NCBI GenBank assembly: GCA_964499725.1
Contig: CAZCMU010000002.1
Span: 1 to 38,340, forward strand
DNA: 38,340 bases
DNA from: an uncultured Opitutales bacterium
Lineage (GTDB): Bacteria > Verrucomicrobiota > Verrucomicrobiia > Opitutales > JABDGR01
Direction of reading: 5' to 3'
Part shown: in pieces, positions 7,284-16,093 of the stretch
How the letters are laid out: every line of letters starts with the position of its first letter
How positions within the stretch are numbered: position 1 is the first letter of the stretch
Notes under the pieces: model-generated
Database searches by the model: none
Told to the model about the DNA's origin: nothing
What the model saw: the letters and a program-made list of their open reading frames with translations, nothing else
Made by a program: the position numbers and the translations under genes

Positions 7284-9404
7284 TCAGGGCGCGGGCGTCG
7301 CTGGCGTGGGTGCGGGAACGGCGACTTCCACCGGTGCGATTGCCGTGACTGACGGGGTGGCTGTGGCCGCGCCCGATGTGAAAGCCGGGGCCGCGGCCGC
7401 CGGGTTGATCGGTTGGTCTATTTCACGCGTTGTCTCTACCGCCGCCGCGGGCTGATCCTGCTCCCGGGTGATGGAACCCAAAGCGCCAATCAAGTTCATC
7501 GGCAAATTAAAGATTGCTGGCGGCAAAGGTGGCTCGCGTGTGCCGCCTAACCGTTGAGAGCCTCCAAGTCGGTCGGAAAAATAAAATGTCAGTGTTTCTG
7601 TAGTGGCTGCCGCGCCCCCGGCTCCTGTCAAAAGTACGCCGGCATCAAGCCGGTAGCGCCATGGAACGGGCGAAGGCCCAATGGAAGCGGAGGAGCTTTG
7701 CGCCAGATTCATCTGGTAGTGTTCATCAAACCGCGCTTGCCGATAGGACTCCACCTCAAACTGTTTTATCGAATCAAGGACTACGAGCAGATTGTCCCGG
7801 ATTAATTGCGGTTTGTCCTTAAGAAAATCATCCCACGTCGCCTTGGCTGGATCCAAGGAATAATTCAGCACCAGGTCGCCCGTCACCAGGTCATCGCCCG
7901 TGAGGTGCGTAAGCTTGAACGAAACAATTTGCGCCTCGGCTGGAAGTTTTTCTAGCATGCGGTCGCGGTAATGCAACGGGTCCATGGAAAGCTGGCTGAG
8001 AATCTCGCTTTCAATTTCATAAACGGAGTCGGCTCCTTCAACTTTGGCATAATAATGGATAACGGGCTTGGTGTCTGGGCTGCTGGGCATGGGGTCGGGC
8101 CGAATACCAATGTCCAGCGTGATGGGCTTGAGGGTTTTGTCGCCCTGCAAAATGACTTTCCATTCTGGAGTCTTCAGGTTGAATGTGTTCTGCAGGTCGT
8201 CGCTCGTGGGAGCGTCACTGGCAAAATTCTTGGCCGAAAGCCGCCGGAAGCTGGCCAGCATGGCCTGGATGATTTCTGAATCGGCGGCAATCAACGTCGG
8301 TGCTCCCGTGGCGTCTTTGGCCCCAATTTGCCAGGTGTGGTTTTCCAGCATTTGCATCCTCACTTCGGGAGAATCTAAAAATCTCACGCTGATGGTGGAG
8401 ATTTTTTCTGGCAAAAAATCAAGGAATTGACGCTCGCGCAAGGCGTCCTGGGCATGGAACAAGGTTGTAAACGATTCGTCGTCCTTGACCACCACGACCG
8501 TCGGGTTGTCGGCCAATTTTGCGTAGTACTCCTTCTCGGTCACGTCCGGCACAGCGTTACCCAGCCAAAGCTCATGGCTTGGGTCGGCCGAATCTCCTTT
8601 GAGTCCAATTTTCAAAGATGGCGCCGTCAAACCGTAACGGGCGAGGTCGCCTGCATCGGACGCCGTGACAAAGCTCTCCGCACGTAGGCTCGTCAAATGG
8701 CTGATGACGGTGTTAACCTGGTTGCCATCGGCCTCGCAAGAGAACGGTGTGTCGAGTCGCCATTTATCGTTATCCAGCACAAAGCGGGTAAAAGAGCTGG
8801 CTGGTGCCGAGCCGGTACCCGATGCGCTGATGGAAAGACTTTGCACCGCGAAAATGTTCAAGGTGAAAAGGCGTTTTTCGCGCAATTCATCAAGCGGCAT
8901 GTCCAGGGTGCTCAACAATTCCTGCGCAACCACCCGCACCAACCCGTCCGCCGGATTCATCACGTAGAGGTGGCCGCCATAAGTGGTGTGCCTGCCGATG
9001 TATAACATCGCCGTCCGCGCGCCTGACTGAACGGTGATTTCCGCCGCTGGGTTGTCGAGGCCAAAGTCCTTCAGGGTCTGGCCGCTCTTTTTCAAGTCAT
9101 CAACGGAAAAGCTGGCCTCTTCATCGAGAAACTGTAGATGGGTGATCAAATCTTGCACGGCAAAATCACTTGCCAGCCAGTCCACTGGCTTGGTCAAATG
9201 CCAGACATTGTTGTGGTCAAGTTTGAGCTCCCGCACCTCATTCTGGACATCGTCTTTGATGATGATATGGTCGATGGAAAAATTGTCCTTGGGAATCGGG
9301 CCGGCTGGCCGCGCAACAATCTCCGGCGGCTGATTGAGCCGCCACAGCAGGAAAAAGATTACCAGATTGGCCAGCAACAAAACGAAGGTGAGCTTGAAGC
9401 GCAT
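7284..9404 (-). CDS. DUF4340-like protein (N-terminal TM anchor, Pro/Ala/Thr-rich C-terminal tail)
   Basis: The track ORF starts at TTG 9416. ATG at 9404 gives MRFKLTFVLLLANLVIFFLLW..., a signal-anchor. Its position immediately after a GldG-like gene is the usual context of DUF4340 proteins. At about 706 aa it is longer than typical members. Confidence 0.6.
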   Translation of the reverse strand: MRFKLTFVLLLANLVIFFLLWRLNQPPEIVARPAGPIPKDNFSIDHIIIKDDVQNEVRELKLDHNNVWHLTKPVDWLASDFAVQDLITHLQFLDEEASFSVDDLKKSGQTLKDFGLDNPAAEITVQSGARTAMLYIGRHTTYGGHLYVMNPADGLVRVVAQELLSTLDMPLDELREKRLFTLNIFAVQSLSISASGTGSAPASSFTRFVLDNDKWRLDTPFSCEADGNQVNTVISHLTSLRAESFVTASDAGDLARYGLTAPSLKIGLKGDSADPSHELWLGNAVPDVTEKEYYAKLADNPTVVVVKDDESFTTLFHAQDALRERQFLDFLPEKISTISVRFLDSPEVRMQMLENHTWQIGAKDATGAPTLIAADSEIIQAMLASFRRLSAKNFASDAPTSDDLQNTFNLKTPEWKVILQGDKTLKPITLDIGIRPDPMPSSPDTKPVIHYYAKVEGADSVYEIESEILSQLSMDPLHYRDRMLEKLPAEAQIVSFKLTHLTGDDLVTGDLVLNYSLDPAKATWDDFLKDKPQLIRDNLLVVLDSIKQFEVESYRQARFDEHYQMNLAQSSSASIGPSPVPWRYRLDAGVLLTGAGGAAATTETLTFYFSDRLGGSQRLGGTREPPLPPAIFNLPMNLIGALGSITREQDQPAAAVETTREIDQPINPAAAAPAFTSGAATATPSVTAIAPVEVAVPAPTPATPAP

Positions 9405-9450
9405 GGCAGTGAACAATGAGTGGTGGAATGGCGGCGGGTTTGGAGCCAGA

Positions 9451-10974
9451 TTAGGTGCGGTTGCGGACCCAGAACACCGCCATGCCCAGCATGGCCACCA
9501 CGGCAGGCACCACGGCCAACCGCCATGCCAGACCAGTGAACTGTTCCTTGGTGATGTCGAGCGCGGTCTGCTTTGGCGCCTTGGGCGGGATATTAAGCAT
9601 GTTTTCCCGATTTGCGAGGTAGTTCACGCAATTCAATATTAATTCGGGGTTCCCGGAATTATTGAAATTTTGATTGGTTATGAAATCCGCGTTGCCGAAT
9701 ACCAATAAACGCCCGCCCGGCAAGTCCACGGCATCCGTGGCGCGCCGCTCCGAGAGTGCTGCCACCACAAAGGGGCCGGGAATCCACCCCAAGTTGCGAA
9801 CATGCGCATCGAAGTCCGCCGTTGCTACGGCTGAGGAATCCTTGGATGTCGCCAGCAATTCATGGATTTGACGGCGGTCATCCGCAGGGGCTGCCTCGTC
9901 AATTTCTACCGGTCGGGTCGCCCCCAGAACGACGCTTAAACCATTCAGGGCAAGGGACCGGGTTAGTTCATGCCTTCGCTTGTTGTCGAGTCTCGGATCA
10001 ATGACCATTTGCAGGTCGGGCGTGAGGTAGCGCGGATCTTCACGAATAATCCAGTCATTTGAGCGCAACCCCCATTCCGCCAACAGGCCGTCGAGTCCAG
10101 TTTTGTCATCCGGTTCGAGAAAGACCAGCACCCGGCCATTTTTATCGTTGAGATAACGGCGGATTTTTTCCACTTCATAAGGCTGGAACGCCACCAAGGG
10201 TGAAGCTATCACCACTAATTTGGCGTCATCGGGAATCTTGTCATCCTTTGCCAAATCAATTTGGTCCGTGGCATAATTGCGCTGTTTGAGATAATATCCC
10301 AAACTGGACAAGCCGGTTACCCGGTCGGGCTCCGTCAGGCTCATTTCCCCATGGCCGACGGTGAAAAGGATTTGGTCAGGCTTCGTCTGGATGACGTCCA
10401 GAATCGCTGAAGTGACCGCGTTCTCGCCCTTGAATGCGGTTGCCGCCTCCCCCGTGCTCGTGCCAGCCAGACTCTTGACCTCTTGGGTATTGTAAAGATC
10501 CGCCATGGATATTGAGTGTCCGCGTCCGTCGCGTACCACCATGATTTGCGTGTAGGGCGTGTAGCCCAGCTTCTCCATCGCTTTTAACTTCTCCCCTTCG
10601 CGCAAAGGGTCAATTTCCACAGTGGTCAACGGCACCGGGCCATCTCTCAACCGGCTTGCCTCGTAATAGTATTCCTTAAGCAGTGTCCGGATTTGTTCGA
10701 GAACCACGCGGTTGTTGTCATTCGACTGGTCTTCCGGCAAAATGAGGGAAATTTCGACGGGCTTGTTATTTTCGCGAGGGATTTTACCAAGAAAAGACAG
10801 GGTTTCCGGACTTAGCGAAAATCGGTGGTTGGCCGTCAAATCCCACCTCTGAAAATGGGTGGTCGCCAGAATGTTCAGCCCAGCCACCAGCGTCAGACTA
10901 AATAAAATTTGGAGGCTCCGGTTGAGGCTCCGGGCCCAACGCGCATATCGAAAATCTTCCAAATAGGATAACAC
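9451..10974 (-). CDS. GldG-like ABC-transport auxiliary component (ABC-type uncharacterized transport system)
   Basis: 507 aa with a GTG start. TM helices sit at the N-terminus (LQILFSLTLVAGLNILATT) and the extreme C-terminus (LAWRLAVVPAVVAMLGMAVFWV), flanking a large periplasmic domain. It directly follows an ABC-2 permease, which is the GldA/F/G-type arrangement. Confidence 0.75.
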   Translation of the reverse strand: MLSYLEDFRYARWARSLNRSLQILFSLTLVAGLNILATTHFQRWDLTANHRFSLSPETLSFLGKIPRENNKPVEISLILPEDQSNDNNRVVLEQIRTLLKEYYYEASRLRDGPVPLTTVEIDPLREGEKLKAMEKLGYTPYTQIMVVRDGRGHSISMADLYNTQEVKSLAGTSTGEAATAFKGENAVTSAILDVIQTKPDQILFTVGHGEMSLTEPDRVTGLSSLGYYLKQRNYATDQIDLAKDDKIPDDAKLVVIASPLVAFQPYEVEKIRRYLNDKNGRVLVFLEPDDKTGLDGLLAEWGLRSNDWIIREDPRYLTPDLQMVIDPRLDNKRRHELTRSLALNGLSVVLGATRPVEIDEAAPADDRRQIHELLATSKDSSAVATADFDAHVRNLGWIPGPFVVAALSERRATDAVDLPGGRLLVFGNADFITNQNFNNSGNPELILNCVNYLANRENMLNIPPKAPKQTALDITKEQFTGLAWRLAVVPAVVAMLGMAVFWVRNRT

Positions 10975-10984
10975 GGTGGTAAAA

Positions 10985-11752
10985 TTAAGCGTTGGCCCGG
11001 GACTCGACCACCAGCGTCGTCACGCCCAGTACCAGGAGGGTGTTGCTGGCATAGAGAAAAAATGGCCGGGTGTCCACAATGCCACGGCTGAAATCCTCCA
11101 GATGCCGGAAGGTTTGCACGTAATCGAGGGCCGACTGGACATGGATAAGCCAGGTGTCCTGCAGTGGTAATTTCGTCAGCCAATACCCGCTGATAATCAG
11201 CACAAACAAAATGCTGAAGCAAAGCATCCCGGCGACTAGGGTGTTGCGCGTCAGGCTGCTGGAAAAAATTCCCACGGCAATATATAACAGCCCGCTGGCG
11301 GCGACAAACAGGTAGCCGCCCGCCAGCGAAGCGGTGTCGCGCAATGGCGAATCCGCACCGACCCCGGGTAGGAACTCCATGGCAATGCAGGGAAAAACCA
11401 GGGTTATCGCCCACAAACTGATGTAGAAAAGATAGGCGGCGGAATATTTGGCTAAAACAATTTCGAGGGTGGTGGCCGGCGTCGTCATCAATGCCTCCAG
11501 CGTGCCATGCCGGCGCTCCTCGGCCAGGCTTTTCATCGTCAGCAACGGCACCACAAAAAACACGGGAAAGAAAAAGGCTTGAAAATACTGTGCCATCGGC
11601 GGATCGTTTTCCACCTGGCCGTTGTAACCATATAGCACGATGAAATAGATTAGCCCCATCAGCAGCAGAAACAAAACGGCGGCGCAATAGGTCGCCACTG
11701 ACACGGCGAGCATCCGCAGTTCATGAGCCAGCAATAGGGGATAGTGGCGCAT
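10985..11752 (-). CDS. ABC-2 type transporter permease
   Basis: The track ORF (to 11851) overlaps the ATPase 3' end using an alternative start. The internal Met34 (MRHYPLLLAHELRMLAVSVATYCAAVLFLLLMG...) starts 4 nt after the ATPase stop. The protein has multiple TM helices, typical of the ABC-2/GldF type. Confidence 0.8.
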   Translation of the reverse strand: MRHYPLLLAHELRMLAVSVATYCAAVLFLLLMGLIYFIVLYGYNGQVENDPPMAQYFQAFFFPVFFVVPLLTMKSLAEERRHGTLEALMTTPATTLEIVLAKYSAAYLFYISLWAITLVFPCIAMEFLPGVGADSPLRDTASLAGGYLFVAASGLLYIAVGIFSSSLTRNTLVAGMLCFSILFVLIISGYWLTKLPLQDTWLIHVQSALDYVQTFRHLEDFSRGIVDTRPFFLYASNTLLVLGVTTLVVESRANA

Positions 11753-11756
11753 AAAA

Positions 11757-12803
11757 TTATTTGCCCCGCCGCGTTGTGGGGGTGAGCGGTTCGTCACCCT
11801 GCTTGGTTGCCGCCAGAAAAATTTGCTCCAGCCCGGGCTCGACTTGGGCAAATTCGCGGATTCGCCAGCCCGGGTGCTGCATCAACGCGCTCAGGATGCT
11901 TTCCCCGAGCCCCAGGTTGTTTGCCGGCCCCTCCAGCCGGACTTCGATGAATCCTTCCGCGTCGCCTGTCGAGCAAGCCGCCACGCGCAACCCGGCATCG
12001 ATTCCGGGCAGCAGCTGGTCCAGTGCTACGGGATCGCCTCGCAGCCGCAGCCGCCATTCCGCTCGTGGGAAAAAATCCCGCCGTAGATTGGCCGTGGTAC
12101 CCGCGGCCACCAAGCGCCCCTGGTTGATTATCATTACGCGATCGCAACATGCTTCAATCTCCGCGAGAATATGGCTGGAAATCAGCACCGTCAAACGCCC
12201 GCGCAGCGAATCAATCAGCCGGCGAATGTCCAAAATCTGTTTCGGGTCGAGGCCAATCGTCGGCTCATCCATCAAGATGACCTCCGGTTCGGCCAGAATG
12301 GCATCAGCGATGCCCACCCGCTGGCGATACCCCTTGGAGAGGGTGCCGATGACTTTGCGACGGGATTTGTGCTGCAAGCCGCACATTTCCATGGCCTGGT
12401 CCACCCGAACGGTGATTTTGCGACCGGGAATTTCTTTCAGCCGCGCGCGAAAACGCAGGTATTCACTTACCCGCATTTCATCCGGCAACGGGTTTTGTTC
12501 CGGCATGAATCCCAGGCGCCGCTTGGCCTCATCTGGCGCACTCGCAACGGGTATACCGGCCACGTAGGCGCGGCCCGATGTTGCTGCCAGCAAACCTGCA
12601 AAAATCCGCATTGTAGTGCTCTTGCCAGCCCCGTTGGGTCCCAAAAACCCCACGATCTCCCCTCGCTGTACCGAGAAAGTCAAATTTTCAATCGCTCGCA
12701 CGGTGCCATATTCTTTGGTCAGGCTGATGGCCTGCAGACTCGGCTGCGCCACCGCAGTTGGTGTCACCGAGGGGGAAAATGGGCTGGCAGTGACTACTGG
12801 CAT
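11757..12803 (-). CDS. ABC transporter ATP-binding protein (GldA-like)
   Basis: Walker A GPNGAGKST, signature LSKGYRQRVGIA and Walker B VILMDEPTIGLD are all present, with a ~100-aa C-terminal extension. ATG at 12803. Confidence 0.9.
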   Translation of the reverse strand: MPVVTASPFSPSVTPTAVAQPSLQAISLTKEYGTVRAIENLTFSVQRGEIVGFLGPNGAGKSTTMRIFAGLLAATSGRAYVAGIPVASAPDEAKRRLGFMPEQNPLPDEMRVSEYLRFRARLKEIPGRKITVRVDQAMEMCGLQHKSRRKVIGTLSKGYRQRVGIADAILAEPEVILMDEPTIGLDPKQILDIRRLIDSLRGRLTVLISSHILAEIEACCDRVMIINQGRLVAAGTTANLRRDFFPRAEWRLRLRGDPVALDQLLPGIDAGLRVAACSTGDAEGFIEVRLEGPANNLGLGESILSALMQHPGWRIREFAQVEPGLEQIFLAATKQGDEPLTPTTRRGK

Positions 12804-12999
12804 ACAAGAAGGCGGTCAGCGCGAAAGAAACAGGTTATATAGTGTGGTTGTCAGGGAAAAGGCAATGACGTAACGGCCCGCAAGATACTAAGGCGACACT
12901 GGCGAAGGCAGCCGCTTTGGCCCTTGGCTCGATAGGTTTTGCTGCTGGATGGGCCATGCTCTCGATTTGAGCACAAACACGCAACCCTTGTGGATTGTT

Positions 13000-13833
13000 T
13001 CATCTCTCTGTCGCCTTGGCTTCCTCAGATGCTTCGCGGCCATGGCTTAGCCGCCCCTGCTCGCGTCGCCACGCTTCTTCCAGCCCACGCAGCAGCAAAT
13101 CAGGGTCGAACTGGATTTCCCCCAGCCAAGCCCGTGGAAGCTGGCCCGTGCTGCCACCGGTGGCCACCACTCGCACCTCACCCTCGCCCCGGCGTCTCAG
13201 TTCCGCCAGCAACTGGTCGAGAATGGCTCGAATCATCCCGGCAAATCCAGTCGCACAGCCAATTTTCATCGCCTCAATCGTACTGGATCCGATACCCGCC
13301 GAAACTAGCAAGTCGTTCGGATCCAGCTCTGGCAGTAGTGCCGTCTGTTCGTGCAGGTAGCGCGTCATCAGAGTCAGACCCGGCGCGATGATTCCGCCCG
13401 CATAGGCCCCACGCCGGTTGATGACATCAAAAGTCACCGCCGTGCCCAAATCTATCGCCACCGCCGGCGCGCCGTGACAGGCGATGGTCCCAAAAGCGAG
13501 GGCCAGTCGGTCCTGCCCGATTTGCTGCGGAAGCGGGTAGTCCAATGGCAGTCCGAGCCGTTCGCATTGCTCCCAGCTCAAATGAAAGAGCGGCCAGCCT
13601 GTTGCCTTCAGTATGGGAAGCAAAGCCGTGGTTGCGGCGGGCACCACTGAACAAAACGAAATGCCGACTGGCCGCTCCGCTCCACGGGCAAGTTCCATCA
13701 AGCGTGGCCCGAGGCCCGCCAGCGGGTCTGCCGCCAGCGCGGTTGGCACCGCGCATTGCCACGCCACTTTTCCCTCACGGAGCACCCCGGCGTGCACGCG
13801 CGTATTGCCCACATCAATGCAAAGGAGATTCAT
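13000..13833 (-). CDS. coaX: Type III pantothenate kinase
   Basis: 277 aa. The N-terminus is MNLLCIDVGNTRVHAGVL, with later IDLGTAVTFDV and GGIIAPG motifs characteristic of CoaX/Baf. It lies downstream of birA. Confidence 0.9.
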   Translation of the reverse strand: MNLLCIDVGNTRVHAGVLREGKVAWQCAVPTALAADPLAGLGPRLMELARGAERPVGISFCSVVPAATTALLPILKATGWPLFHLSWEQCERLGLPLDYPLPQQIGQDRLALAFGTIACHGAPAVAIDLGTAVTFDVINRRGAYAGGIIAPGLTLMTRYLHEQTALLPELDPNDLLVSAGIGSSTIEAMKIGCATGFAGMIRAILDQLLAELRRRGEGEVRVVATGGSTGQLPRAWLGEIQFDPDLLLRGLEEAWRREQGRLSHGREASEEAKATER

Positions 13834-13887
13834 GAAAAAATCGGCTTTCTTTGTCGTTTTTGTGTTTAGCTGGCCATTGTGCGCGGC

Positions 13888-14916
13888 TCAACCATATCCT
13901 CCAAGCGAAACATCGCCAGACTGCACCGTGCGGATTGAGCCATCGGGGAGAAGGATTTTCAGCGCCCCTGTGGCATCGAGGCCGGCCGCCCGGCCTTTAA
14001 GTGTGCCATCCGCTAGCGCGACCGTCACTGCGCTTCCGCACAAAGCGTCATGCCGATTCCAAAGTTCGTTGAATTCAGCCTCGATGCGCCCTGCCATAAA
14101 GTCCACAAACGCCATTTTCCCCGCCAAGACGACATCCGCCGCGACCGCATTGATGGACAATGGCCTCCCCCCATTTACTTGTTGAAGTGTGCCGGCTACC
14201 CGGGCTGCGGCAGCCCCAGTTGAGCCGCGTGCGCCGGACCATTTCTCTGGGTCGCCATTAACATTCAAACCAAGACCGCAGATCAAATCGCGCATGAGGT
14301 CGGCATCAATTCGGGCCTCCGTCAGCAGCCCTGCTAATTTACGCCCTTCAAAAACCAGGTCGTTTGGCCATTTTACGCGCACCGGCAAGTGGTATTTCTC
14401 ATTGAGCATCTGGCACAACCTCAAAGCCATCCAGAGCGTGAACTTTGGCATCCGCGCCGGTGGCAGCCGTGGTTGAAACGCAAAACTCAAATACAGCCCG
14501 CCTCCCTCCGCGCTGTGCCAGGCTCGGCCCAGCCGCCCGCGCCCAGCCGTTTGCCGCGCCGCAAATACCACAAATGGTGTGCTCGCCCCAGTGGCCAGTC
14601 GCCGCTCCGCCTCCAAATTTGTGCTGTCGGTTTCCGGTAAAAAAATCACGCTGATGTCCGGAAGGGTTCTTTTGGGATGACGCAATCGCACATAGGCCGC
14701 CAGCACCGCCGGATGCAGCGCCGTTGGCTCCGCCGCCAGTCGGTATCCTCGCCCCCGTACCGCCGTGCACTCCAGCCCCTCAGCCTGCAATTTTTGCAGG
14801 CGCGCCCACACACTCACCCGCGACACCCCTAGTCGCCGCGCGAGTTCCTCGCCGGAAACATACCCATCTTGGCCGGCATCCAGCAGGGCAGACAACAATG
14901 TCGTGGTATCAGGCAT
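13888..14916 (-). CDS. birA: Bifunctional biotin-[acetyl-CoA-carboxylase] ligase / biotin operon repressor
   Basis: The N-terminal wHTH is MPDTTTLLSALLDAGQDGYVSGEELARRLGVSRVSVWARLQKLQAEGL. The ligase core has ARQTAGRGRLGRAWHS (the GRGRxGRxW motif). The track start at 15081 would overlap queG, whereas ATG at 14916 (Met56) lies 7 nt after the queG stop. Confidence 0.9.
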   Translation of the reverse strand: MPDTTTLLSALLDAGQDGYVSGEELARRLGVSRVSVWARLQKLQAEGLECTAVRGRGYRLAAEPTALHPAVLAAYVRLRHPKRTLPDISVIFLPETDSTNLEAERRLATGASTPFVVFAARQTAGRGRLGRAWHSAEGGGLYLSFAFQPRLPPARMPKFTLWMALRLCQMLNEKYHLPVRVKWPNDLVFEGRKLAGLLTEARIDADLMRDLICGLGLNVNGDPEKWSGARGSTGAAAARVAGTLQQVNGGRPLSINAVAADVVLAGKMAFVDFMAGRIEAEFNELWNRHDALCGSAVTVALADGTLKGRAAGLDATGALKILLPDGSIRTVQSGDVSLGGYG

Positions 14917-14923
14917 CGGACAA

Positions 14924-15982
14924 TTACATCTGATTTGCCGGCTCGTTCGCAAGGCGCGAACGCACTTGCCGCACCGCCCACTCCGCGTGCTCAGCCACCA
15001 CCGGATCCGGGTCACGCGACGCGAGCGCAAGCGCCGCCAAGTCTTCCTCCCCGCCAATATTGCCCAAAACAATCGCCGCATTGCGTTTTAGTCGTGGCAA
15101 TTTTAACCGCGCCAGTGGCGTGCCCTGCGTGTGGGTGCGGTATTCGTCTTCTGTCCACGCCAGCATTTCGCGCAGGCCTGGATACACGCGCGCGGCCAGG
15201 GCTGTCTCGCGGGTCGCCTGTGCCCATCGGTTCCATGGACACACATCGAGGCAATCATCGCAGCCAAACAGCCGGTTGCCAACTGCCCGGCGAAATTCCT
15301 CCGGAATCGGGCCATGGTGCTCGATCAACAAGTAGGCCAGACACCGGCGGGCATCGAGCTGGTACGGTGCCGTAATGGCGCGTGTCGGGCAGACACCCAT
15401 ACACGCCGTGCAGGCGCCGCAGTGGTCGCGCCCCGGCTCGTCCGGTGGCAGTTCCAGTGTCGTGACCACAACCCCCAGTAACAGCCAGGTGCCTAGCTTG
15501 GGATGAATCAGCAGCGTGTTTTTCCCCTGCCAGCCCAGCCCGGCTTGCATGGACAACGGCTTTTCCAGCACCGGCCCCGTGTCCACATAAGCCCGGGCCT
15601 CACCGCCTTGTTCGCGCAACAACGTGGCCAGTCGGCGCAGACGCTTAAGCATGACATTGTGGTAGTCGCGGCCCAAGGCATATTTGGCGATGCGATAGCG
15701 GCGCACCGGCTCGGTCTGATAATAATTCATTCCGACCACCACCAGGCTGCGCGCCAGAGGCTCGCCCGATGGCGCAACCAACAGTTTTTTAGGCGCAAGC
15801 CGCCGGTCATTGTTGCGCTCCAACCACGCCATTCCACCGTGCTGCCCCTCTATCAGCCACTTCTCAAAATATTCGCTGCGCAGCGGTGCCTCCACCGCCA
15901 CCACGCCAAACGCCGCAAACCCCAGCCGCGCCGCCTCTTCGCGCAGCAGTTCCTTGAGCGGGAGAGGACTCGGTTTCACCAT
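14924..15982 (-). CDS. queG: tRNA epoxyqueuosine(34) reductase
   Basis: Ferredoxin-type cluster motifs are present (CGACTACMGVCPT; CDDCLDVCPWN), along with a C-terminal HEAT-like repeat (AAIVLGNIGGEEDLAALALASRDPDPVVAEHAEWAV). The start was trimmed to ATG 15982 (MVKPSPLPLKELL...); the 77 upstream codons in the track look non-coding. Confidence 0.9.
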   Translation of the reverse strand: MVKPSPLPLKELLREEAARLGFAAFGVVAVEAPLRSEYFEKWLIEGQHGGMAWLERNNDRRLAPKKLLVAPSGEPLARSLVVVGMNYYQTEPVRRYRIAKYALGRDYHNVMLKRLRRLATLLREQGGEARAYVDTGPVLEKPLSMQAGLGWQGKNTLLIHPKLGTWLLLGVVVTTLELPPDEPGRDHCGACTACMGVCPTRAITAPYQLDARRCLAYLLIEHHGPIPEEFRRAVGNRLFGCDDCLDVCPWNRWAQATRETALAARVYPGLREMLAWTEDEYRTHTQGTPLARLKLPRLKRNAAIVLGNIGGEEDLAALALASRDPDPVVAEHAEWAVRQVRSRLANEPANQM

Positions 15983-16093
15983 GGTCAAGGATAATAATGT
16001 AACCGAAGCAGCCAAACAATGCCATCGGTAAACACCGGGGCCTCGTTTCCGGCTGTTCAAGTCCCGGCTTTTGAGGGACACTGGACTCAGGAA

